A DNA stretch of 32,000 nt from Pyrolobus fumarii 1A (GTDB lineage Archaea > Thermoproteota > Thermoprotei_A > Sulfolobales > Pyrodictiaceae), in NCBI RefSeq assembly GCF_000223395.1, contig NC_015931.1:1020001-1052000 (forward strand). The letters run 5' to 3'. Position numbers and translations under genes: made by a program. The notes below the pieces were generated by a model that made no database searches, had not been told where the DNA came from, and saw nothing but the letters and a program-made list of their open reading frames with translations. Positions 17,850 to 25,555 of the stretch are shown piece after piece. Within the stretch, counting starts at the first letter, position 1; every line of letters starts with the position of its first letter.

Positions 17850-19682
17850 CTAGAGATGTGGTCGTCCTGTGCGGTGTGTGGTCGCTAGCCTAGGCTCCCA
17901 GGTTCGCGTGTGGATGGTTAGTAGCGAGGTAAGCACCCCTAGTATTGTGGCTCCTTCGTCGCCTAGTGCCGCGACGACCCATAGTGGTAGATAGCCTAGG
18001 AGACCTAGGGTTGCCGACATGGTCTTGACGAGGGCTGCTATAGCGAAACTCGTGGTTATGGCGTTTCTGAACGAGTATGCGTATCGTATCAACTTTGGAA
18101 GGTCTGTGACTCCATTGGCTAGGATGGCGTCTGCGACCTCGGCTACGACGTCTATGCCGCCTACTGCTATGCCCACATCGGCTTCTGCAAGGGCCTCCAC
18201 GTCGTTTATACCGTCTCCGAGCATGGCGACGGGGCTGTTGTATCTAGCTCTAAGCCTCCTTACCAGCTCGAGCTTTTCGTGCGGCTTCAGCCCATAGTAG
18301 TACTCGTCGACCCCCAGCTTATCGGCTACAGTCTTCACGGCATCCCTCCTATCACCACTCGCGATTACAACCCTAAGCCCCATGGACCTCAACTCGTCTA
18401 TAACCTTCTTAGCGTTCTCCACAAGCTCCTCCTCCATGCATATGCTGCCGGCATAACGGCCATCAATAGCCACGTGTACCTCTTTACTTTCGCGGCAGGG
18501 GCTCGGGGGCTCGTAGCCCAAGTGTGACGCCACGAAGCCTCTCGAGCCCATCACCACCAGGTGACCCGAGACGACAGCCACTACACCGCGGCCAGGCTCT
18601 TCACGAGCCTGCTCGGGGGCCTCACGGCACTCCTTGGCAAGGGCTTGTGAAGCCGGGTGGCGACTAGCCTTGGCCGCTGCGCAAGCCAGCTTTAACACCT
18701 GGCGCGCGGTGAAACCGTTGGAGGGAACAACCTTCGCTACCCTTAGCTCGCCTAACGTCAACGTACCAGTCTTGTCCAGGATTACGACATTACAGTGGGC
18801 CAGTGTCTCCAGAACAGAGCCACCCTTAACGAGAATCGACCTAGTGGCTAGGATTGACACGGAGTATACAGTGGTGAACGAGGAGGCGACTATGAAGGCA
18901 CTGGGGCAGCCCGCGAGGAGCACCGTCAAGCCTCGATAAGGCCCCGCGAGGAGCACGAATAGCCCGAAAACCGCTAACACGAGAAGCGTGTAAGACGGCA
19001 CAATCCTCTCGATTAGCCGTTGTATCCTCGTCTTCCTTTCGAGCACCTCTTCGGCAGTCCGGACTAGGATCGCTAGTAGCGATTCACTTGGAGGCTTCAA
19101 CGCTCTCACAATCAGCGGGCTCCGACCCGCGTTGATGTAGCCGCTTTCCACCGGGTCACCGGGCTCCACAAGCCTACGCTCATGCTCCCCCGTGACAAAC
19201 CTGGTGTCAACTAAGCCGGGGCTCAGGGAGACACCATCGACGGGGATAACCTCTCCCGGCCTCACTATGATCACGTCGCCGGGCCTAACCTCGTCTAGAG
19301 GCTCTTCTCTGACACCCTTGCCCTTCTTGACAAGCACGCGGCTCGGGAGAAGGCTTTCAAGCATGCTTATCCTACGGCGGGCTAAGCTCTCAACATAAGC
19401 CTCGCTAGCCTCCGCTACCGCATAAAGGACGTAGACCATAGACGTCTCTAACACCGCACCAATAGCGTGACCCACAAACCCCACAATGGACATGAGGAGA
19501 TCTACTGTGAACACCCCGTTGGCTAGCGCATAGGCAAACCTAGCGCCAAGGAGAAGTGCAAGCGCAAGCACGATGTAGCCTGCAACCCAATGACCAAAGT
19601 AAGCCAGCATGGTTGATGCTGAAGCAGCCGTGCCAAAACCCACCCAGAACCACACTTCCTCCTCGCGAAGATGGGCGCCCAT
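17850..19682 (-). CDS. P1B-type heavy-metal-translocating P-type ATPase (no N-terminal metal-binding domain)
   Basis: Actuator motif TGE, TM6 motif CPS (LLAGCPSAF), phosphorylation site DKTGTLT, N-domain SRHP, hinge GDGINDVEAL. Confidence 0.9.
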   Translation of the reverse strand: MGAHLREEEVWFWVGFGTAASASTMLAYFGHWVAGYIVLALALLLGARFAYALANGVFTVDLLMSIVGFVGHAIGAVLETSMVYVLYAVAEASEAYVESLARRRISMLESLLPSRVLVKKGKGVREEPLDEVRPGDVIIVRPGEVIPVDGVSLSPGLVDTRFVTGEHERRLVEPGDPVESGYINAGRSPLIVRALKPPSESLLAILVRTAEEVLERKTRIQRLIERIVPSYTLLVLAVFGLFVLLAGPYRGLTVLLAGCPSAFIVASSFTTVYSVSILATRSILVKGGSVLETLAHCNVVILDKTGTLTLGELRVAKVVPSNGFTARQVLKLACAAAKASRHPASQALAKECREAPEQAREEPGRGVVAVVSGHLVVMGSRGFVASHLGYEPPSPCRESKEVHVAIDGRYAGSICMEEELVENAKKVIDELRSMGLRVVIASGDRRDAVKTVADKLGVDEYYYGLKPHEKLELVRRLRARYNSPVAMLGDGINDVEALAEADVGIAVGGIDVVAEVADAILANGVTDLPKLIRYAYSFRNAITTSFAIAALVKTMSATLGLLGYLPLWVVAALGDEGATILGVLTSLLTIHTRTWEPRLATTHRTGRPHL

Positions 19683-19811
19683 TCACCACTCCTAGCACGG
19701 TGCACAACCGCCCGCATATAATAACGCTTAATGTTAAAGCATCAAGGAGCTTAATACATAATGGTTAATAAGACGGGCTCTAGCTGCCAGGTTAAGGGTT
19801 AGCAACCAGCC

Positions 19812-20214
19812 ATGCCGGTGGTTAGCATATCACTTCCTGAAACACTGCTCGAAAGGATAGACGAGGCGGTCAAGAAGTACGGGTATACGGGCAGGTCGGA
19901 ACTGATACGAGAGGCGGTTCGCGAATTTCTTCAAAGCTTGGATAGCGGGACGCCGGATAAGCCCGTCTACGCGTTGATAGTGGCGCTGACAGATACTAGG
20001 GTGAGTAGACCAAGCCGACCAGAAGATGCTGGAGATTATACACGAACACCAAGAGCTTGTAAGAGCATTCTACCACCAGTCTCTTGGCGACGGGCTCTGC
20101 CTCAACATCGCCCTCATAAGGGCTCTACCCTCCGACCTACGCTACATGCTTAGCGAGGTGAGAAGAACCAGAGGCGTGAAGAGAGTCTGGTTCACCCTGT
20201 TAACAGAAGAGTGA
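19812..20214 (+). pseudogene. nikR: NikR-family (ribbon-helix-helix plus ACT-like metal-binding domain) regulator split by a frameshift near 20001-20007
   Basis: The N-terminal [43 protein letters not shown] is in frame 0. The C-terminal part [40 protein letters not shown]...GVKRVWFTLL is in the +1 frame, which is open from 20005. Frame 0 after 20004 reads non-NikR-like sequence. Confidence 0.75.
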
Positions 20215-20762
20215 GAGGGCTAGAGGACCAGGGTCAACGGGGGCTTAGATCTCCACGCTTTTCACGAGCGATATAGATTAGGTAGTGCGTCGCGCCTGCG
20301 GGTGAAACAACAGAATATGAATTTCATATTAACGGCGTTGTACTGGGAGTACAGACGAGACTATGCCGAGTGTTACATGGGAGCTAGCATATGGCATTCT
20401 ATCCCGTGTGAAGAGACTCACGTTGACCGACACTAGTGTGTACTATACGGCGTGGCTGCTGAGTGTCACATTGATGGGTTTGGCCGGGGTATTCTTTTCG
20501 GGTATTCCATATGGGTTCATGCAATAGCGGCACTAGCTACCTGCGCGGTCTCAGCGATGCTGTCTGCAACGTTGATAATCCGTGCTAAACAGGAGGCAGG
20601 AAAACAACCAAATCAATAGGTTTAATGTTAGAACCGGTTCCTGTCATCCCTCTAACTCTCCGAACCTTTTGATTATAACGCATCATTCGATTGAATAGCA
20701 TCTGGCGGTTTTTCACCACAATGGATATAGATTAGGCGGGAAGGTAGCCCGCGGTTTGGATA

Positions 20763-21449
20763 GTGAAAGGTGAAGCTAGTATGGCACGCGATATTGTAGC
20801 ACGCTCAGTACTTCTAGCATCATTAGCACTTAGCCTCGCCCTGCTGGCGTTCTGTGTGAGTACGGCCTACGCCGCCTTCTACCCATGCAAGGCCTGCCAC
20901 CAGGCCATGAACTTAACAGGTAACAAGAAAGTAGTAGAGTTCCACAAGATCGACCTGACGGTTGGTGCGCACCGCGGCCTCTACTGCTCCAACTGTCACG
21001 TGCCACCACTGATGCAGGAGCTCGTCGGCGGCGGTGAGGTGTACATCCCCGGGATGCACCCGAGAGACAAGCTAATGGAAACTAACAAGGTCTGTGCAGT
21101 CTGCCATCCACGCGAGTACAAGGACTATGAGATGCTAGTCCATGGTAACAAGACGTTCGAGTGTCCCGACGGCAAGGTCGTCAAGATAGTGGGTTACAAG
21201 GGTGTGATATACGACTTCCACGTGTGTAGCGAGTACAAGAACCTAGAGAAGAAGCCGGCTAGAGCCTGCGTAGAGTGCCACGACCCCCACGACCCGACCT
21301 ACTACGCGATCAACATTCTGCCAGAACCGTCCGATAGGCCGGCGCCACCCGCACAGGACGAGGTAGTGTATGGCACTGTCGCCGCCCTGGTGGGTGGCCT
21401 CCTCCTCATTGTTGGTGCGTTTGTCCTTCCCTCTAGGCCCCATGGTTAG
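20763..21449 (+). CDS. Membrane-anchored tetrahaem c-type cytochrome
   Basis: Four CxxCH motifs (CKACH, CSNCH, CAVCH, CVECH), an N-terminal signal/anchor helix and a C-terminal TM (VAALVGGLLLIVGAFVL). ATG at 20781 is the likely start. Confidence 0.85.
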   Translation: MKGEASMARDIVARSVLLASLALSLALLAFCVSTAYAAFYPCKACHQAMNLTGNKKVVEFHKIDLTVGAHRGLYCSNCHVPPLMQELVGGGEVYIPGMHPRDKLMETNKVCAVCHPREYKDYEMLVHGNKTFECPDGKVVKIVGYKGVIYDFHVCSEYKNLEKKPARACVECHDPHDPTYYAINILPEPSDRPAPPAQDEVVYGTVAALVGGLLLIVGAFVLPSRPHG

Positions 21450-21462
21450 GGGGTGAGATGCC

Positions 21463-22494
21463 GTGAGTGGGGAGAGGGTCGAGAGGAAGGAGAATGTTAA
21501 CGAGATGAGGAGGAGCCTCCTGAAGGCAGCCGCACTAGCCTCCGCAGCTTCCGCAATCACGTTTGTAGCTGTTGACAAGGAGCGGTTGAAGAAGGTCCTG
21601 GTGCCGGTTAAGCTCGAGGATATCCTGCCCGAGGCTAGCGCCGAGGGTAGCGAGCTGGAGAGGAAGGCTGCCGAGAAGGAGAAGGAGATGAAGAGGCTGT
21701 GCAGCGAGTGGACGGAGAAGCTGTGTAGGGAGCAGGGTGAGGATTCCGAAGCTTGCAAGGAGGCTCGCAAGCGCTGCGAGATGATCAAGGTCAAGGCTAC
21801 GCCCGCGAAGGAGGGCGTACACTTCGCAATGGCCCTCGACCTGAACAAGTGCATCGGTTGCAGGAGGTGCGCCTACGCGTGCGTCATGGAGAACAACCAG
21901 GCTAGGAACTTACACATAGAGTGGATAAAGGTCCTCGAGATGCCACGCGAGGAGATGGAGTTCATCTACTCGAAGCTAGACTACACTGAGGCCCCGAAGC
22001 CGGACAAGGTATACGTGCCGGTTGCGTGCATGCAGTGCGAGGACCCACCATGTGTAATGGTCTGCCCCGTGAGAGCCACGTGGAAAGAGCCCGATGGGAT
22101 CGTGGTTGTGGACTATGACCGCTGTATCGGCTGCAGGTACTGTATAACCGCCTGCCCGTATGGCGCGAGGCACTTCAACTGGGCCAAGCCATACGTGCCA
22201 CCCACCGAGATCAACCCGAACATGCACGTGCTTGGCAACGTGATACGTCAGATACACGTGGTTGAGAAGTGCACATGGTGTATACAGAGGACGAGGGACG
22301 GCGGCATACCGGCGTGCGTCGAGGTATGCCCGGTGGGTGCAAGGGTATTCGGCGATCTACATGATGCAGAGAGCCCGATACGCCGCGTGATAGAGGAGTA
22401 CGGCGCCTTTGTTTTGAAGCCAGAGGCTGGTACCAGACCAAAGTTCTTCTACTTCTTTGGTCCATCCCGCACTCCTCCACGCAAGGAGGAGTGA
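21463..22494 (+). CDS. Tat-signal 4x[4Fe-4S] protein (NrfC/PsrB/ActB2-like) with a Cys-containing K/E-rich N-terminal insert
   Basis: MRRSLLKAAALASAASA (likely start ATG 21505). Cysteine groups: CIGCRRCAYAC, CMQCEDPPCVMVCP, CIGCRYCITACP, CTWC...CVEVCP. Confidence 0.9.
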   Translation: MSGERVERKENVNEMRRSLLKAAALASAASAITFVAVDKERLKKVLVPVKLEDILPEASAEGSELERKAAEKEKEMKRLCSEWTEKLCREQGEDSEACKEARKRCEMIKVKATPAKEGVHFAMALDLNKCIGCRRCAYACVMENNQARNLHIEWIKVLEMPREEMEFIYSKLDYTEAPKPDKVYVPVACMQCEDPPCVMVCPVRATWKEPDGIVVVDYDRCIGCRYCITACPYGARHFNWAKPYVPPTEINPNMHVLGNVIRQIHVVEKCTWCIQRTRDGGIPACVEVCPVGARVFGDLHDAESPIRRVIEEYGAFVLKPEAGTRPKFFYFFGPSRTPPRKEE

Positions 22495-22506
22495 CGTGAG
22501 TAAGGG

Positions 22507-23763
22507 GTGGGAGCCGTGGCGGGCAGCTTCCTCGAGACAATAATCTATGTGATAAGGGAGGCGCTCTTCAAGGGCAGTAAGCGCTACTACATGGCGCTAT
22601 TGGGGCTTGCACTAATAGCAGCCTATGGCATATACCTATGGATATTCGTGCAGCACGCGCCGATATTCCTCGGCACCGACGAGGGCGGCATGATAGTAAC
22701 TGGCCTTAGCGACAGCGTGCCATGGGGCATCTACATCTCGTTCTTCGTGTTCTGGGTTGGTGTAGCAGCGGCAGGCATAGTCTTCGGTATAGCTGCTTAC
22801 GTCTTCGGCGACAAGGAGTTCAAGAAGGTCGCGGCGCTCGGCGAGGTCCAGGCAGTAGCAGCTGTAATAACAGCGCTATCGCTAGTCTACGTTGACCTCG
22901 GCAGGCCGATAAGAGGCCTCTTCCTGATGCCACAGCTGCCAAACCTACACTCCATGTTCGACTACGACTTCCTGGTGCTAACCGGCTATCTAACGCTAAA
23001 CCTGATCGGCGTGCTAGTGACGATACACTACTATCGTCGAGACAAGCCGCTACCCAAGAAGTTCATAGTGCCATTCATGATCATTGCTGCGCCATTCGCA
23101 ATCGGCATTCACACCGTGACAGCATTCATCTCCCAGGCGCTAACGGCTAGGCCCATCTGGCACAGCCCGCTACTAGCGCCACGCTACGTAGCCACGGCGT
23201 TCGCCAGCGGTCCCGCGATACTACTACTAGCGCTCTACCTCGCCGAGCGCTACGTGCCAGGCTTCAAGGTGGACTTCAGCGTCTACAAGAAAACGACGTA
23301 TGTGATGGTAGCGGCGCTAGTAGTAGGCCTCTACTTCACGCTCAGCGAGGTTCACGAGATATACTGGTATACGACTGAGGCGCTGAAGAAGGCGCAGGCC
23401 AACGAGCTATTCTTCGGCTACCACCTGCCATACCTAGCGATAATGATGTGGCTATGGATAGGCCTTGGCATCGCAGCTGTCATACTAGGCATACTGCCAA
23501 GGATCCACAACACTAAGAGCGGCATACTACTCGTCGCGGTGTTGACGATAGTGGCGGTCATCTGTGAGAAGACAATGACGGTGATAATTCCAGGCTTTGT
23601 GCCGGACACGCTAGGCCAGATAGTACCATACTATCCGACGCCAGTAGAGATAGCCATAACGATAGGCGTGCACGCCATCGGCATGCTAGTGTATCTGGCG
23701 CTATCCAGGCCAACCATAAAGGCTATAATGACTCACTACATGAAGGGTGGAGAGCATCACTAA
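22507..23763 (+). CDS. NrfD/PsrC/ActC-type polytopic membrane protein
   Basis: 418 aa with ~10 hydrophobic helices, positioned immediately after the NrfC-like gene. Confidence 0.85.
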   Translation: MGAVAGSFLETIIYVIREALFKGSKRYYMALLGLALIAAYGIYLWIFVQHAPIFLGTDEGGMIVTGLSDSVPWGIYISFFVFWVGVAAAGIVFGIAAYVFGDKEFKKVAALGEVQAVAAVITALSLVYVDLGRPIRGLFLMPQLPNLHSMFDYDFLVLTGYLTLNLIGVLVTIHYYRRDKPLPKKFIVPFMIIAAPFAIGIHTVTAFISQALTARPIWHSPLLAPRYVATAFASGPAILLLALYLAERYVPGFKVDFSVYKKTTYVMVAALVVGLYFTLSEVHEIYWYTTEALKKAQANELFFGYHLPYLAIMMWLWIGLGIAAVILGILPRIHNTKSGILLVAVLTIVAVICEKTMTVIIPGFVPDTLGQIVPYYPTPVEIAITIGVHAIGMLVYLALSRPTIKAIMTHYMKGGEHH

Positions 23764-23781
23764 ACAATCCAAACCCTAAAT

Positions 23782-24708
23782 ATGTTTTTTGAACGTATGT
23801 TTAAAACCCATGTCGCGTGTCGTGCGGGGCGGGTGAGGGGTATGAACATGCACAGGATGTATTGGCTCACCCCCGTGCTACTAGCCCTGGTAATAGTGGC
23901 GTTTAGTGTTGCCGCACTAGCCATTACAGAGGAGGAGGCTAAGCAGGTCTTCGAGAAGGCCGGTTGTGCAACCTGCCACAGCACACCTGGTAACGATTTC
24001 AAGAGCCTAGTCGACAAGATACGCAGTTGGGCATCCAAGTACGCTAGCCTAGACGAGGCTGTCGCTAACGAGTATAAGCAGGCTCAGACCTACGACCAGC
24101 TGATGCAGCAGATGAAACAATACACACCCAGCATAAGCGATGAGGACTATCAACTACTCTACCAGTTCTTCAAGCAGGTCTTCGAGGAGGCTAAAGGTGG
24201 CGCCGGGGTAACCGAGAGTGAAGCAAAGCAGGTCTTCGAGAAGGCTGGCTGTGCTACATGCCACAATGCTCCAGGCAACAACTTCGACAGTATCGTCGAG
24301 AAGATTCGCTCGTGGGCAGAGAAGTACGGCTCGCTAGACGAGGCAGTGGCTAGCGAATACCCACAGGCAAAGAGCTACGATGAGCTTATGCAGCAGATGA
24401 AGCAGTACACGCCTGGTATAAGTGACAAGGACTACCAGCTACTCTACCAGTTCTTCAAGCAGGTGTTCGAGGAGGCGAAGGGAGGTCAGGCTGCTGCGGC
24501 CACGCCAACGACGACCACCGCCCAGGTGTCGGAGGCCACCACAACCACTACAACAACACCTAAGGAGAACATAACAACGTTACCATCTGTGCCGACGCCC
24601 AACCCATCCGAGGAGGCACGAAGCCGAATAAGCACCGGGCTAGTGGTTGGCGTTGCGATACTAGTAGTGGCTGTAGTCCTCTTCGTGGTGTTCCGTCTAA
24701 AGAAGTGA
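23782..24708 (+). CDS. Dihaem c-type cytochrome (internally duplicated) on a Thr-rich stalk with a C-terminal TM anchor
   Basis: Two CATCH motifs in two 89-aa near-identical repeats, a linker TPTTTTAQVSEATTTTTTTP, and a C-terminal helix LVVGVAILVVAVVLFVVF. ATG at 23842 is the likely start. Confidence 0.85.
   Translation: MFFERMFKTHVACRAGRVRGMNMHRMYWLTPVLLALVIVAFSVAALAITEEEAKQVFEKAGCATCHSTPGNDFKSLVDKIRSWASKYASLDEAVANEYKQAQTYDQLMQQMKQYTPSISDEDYQLLYQFFKQVFEEAKGGAGVTESEAKQVFEKAGCATCHNAPGNNFDSIVEKIRSWAEKYGSLDEAVASEYPQAKSYDELMQQMKQYTPGISDKDYQLLYQFFKQVFEEAKGGQAAAATPTTTTAQVSEATTTTTTTPKENITTLPSVPTPNPSEEARSRISTGLVVGVAILVVAVVLFVVFRLKK
23935..24486 (+). repeat. Tandem in-frame duplication (period 285 nt) inside the dihaem cytochrome gene
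   Basis: Units at 23935-24201 and 24220-24486 both encode EAKQVFEKAGCATCH...YQLLYQFFKQVFEEAKGG, with scattered, largely synonymous or conservative differences. Confidence 0.9.
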
Positions 24709-24891
24709 GAAGGTACACACTACTCCTCATCTCGTTTTTCTTACCCTGGTATTCAAACCCCGTACGCGTCCAGTGTTTTGCCCGACCTATGGCACCTTCT
24801 AGGTGGTGTACAGGATAGCATTCTCTTTTTGGCAGCGTACAAGTAATAATGTTGTTCTCATCGTATAACTCTCTATGCTGGTGTGGTGTAG

Positions 24892-25215
24892 ATGACTAAC
24901 CAGGATGCAGCATCCAAAGTTGTTGAGAGGGTAGAGAAGGCGCTTCGCCGTGTCATTGTGCCCGGATTTGACATCGACGTTGTATCGGCCGGTATAGTCA
25001 GGCTAGTAAGGGTCTCCAGGGACAGGCGTCGGGTCGCGATAGTGCTTGACTACACGGGCTCTGATCCGTCATGCTTTGCGTGTAGGTTCTTGAACTGGCT
25101 GTTATGGGGCAAGTTGCTCCAGAGAATAGAAGAGGAGATGCGTAGAGAGGGGTTTGAAGCGGTAGAGTTCTTTGACTATAGGACTGGGTTGAGACTAGGC
25201 CAGGGAGAGGGGTAG
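24892..25215 (+). CDS. DUF59/MIP18 (SufT-like) Fe-S assembly domain protein
   Basis: VEKALRRVIVPGFDIDVVSAGIVRLVRV matches the DUF59 core; 107 aa. Confidence 0.55.
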   Translation: MTNQDAASKVVERVEKALRRVIVPGFDIDVVSAGIVRLVRVSRDRRRVAIVLDYTGSDPSCFACRFLNWLLWGKLLQRIEEEMRREGFEAVEFFDYRTGLRLGQGEG

Positions 25216-25220
25216 CACGC

Positions 25221-25481
25221 TTAGCCGCCCACCATGCCAGGGGCGATTACGACCTCCGAGTTGTCACGTAGCCTGGTATCGGGGTGCGCGGGTTTACCAT
25301 TAACAAGCACTACTACGCTCATCTCGTCATCCTCGATCATTGCACGCAGCTTTTCACTCATTCTCATGAGCTTCTCGAGTAGTGTAGCCACTTTGGCGTC
25401 TTCGGGCAACTCGAGTACAAGCTTATCGTGCCCAAGAGCGGCGGCGAGGCCTGCGAGTAGACGAACTCGCACCCTAATCAT
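25221..25481 (-). CDS. MoaD/ThiS-family ubiquitin-fold sulfur-carrier/SAMP-like protein ending in Gly-Gly
   Basis: 86 aa; VVVLVNGKPA...LRDNSEVVIAPGMVGG followed directly by the stop (cct ggc atg gtg ggc ggc taa on the minus strand). Confidence 0.8.
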   Translation of the reverse strand: MIRVRVRLLAGLAAALGHDKLVLELPEDAKVATLLEKLMRMSEKLRAMIEDDEMSVVVLVNGKPAHPDTRLRDNSEVVIAPGMVGG

Positions 25482-25555
25482 GACAATCCTCTTGTGTTTC
25501 TTGCACGTGTGCTCTTAAAACCAAAGTGGCAAGGTAAACCGTGACGACCGCGTAA

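Noticed and set aside
13644-17850. attL/attR direct repeat of the tRNA-Arg 3' end that would delimit an integrated element
   Set aside because: Scanning by eye for GGTTCAAATCCCCGCGGGCCCGCCA fragments downstream found nothing convincing. The island boundary therefore rests on composition and gene content only.
17679-17888. 69-aa plus-strand ORF between the HEPN gene and the ATPase 3' end
   Set aside because: It is Cys/Trp/Arg-rich and overlaps the ATPase stop region. The region more likely holds the ATPase terminator and the HEPN-MNT promoter.
19523-19768. ORFs 19523-19717 (-) and 19556-19768 (+) across the ATPase start and the divergent promoter
   Set aside because: They overlap the ATPase N-terminus and the AT-rich promoter and show no protein-like features.
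21243-21854. 203-aa minus-strand ORF spanning the junction of the tetrahaem cytochrome and NrfC-like genes
   Set aside because: It is antisense to two well-supported genes and has low-complexity S/A/L-rich sequence.
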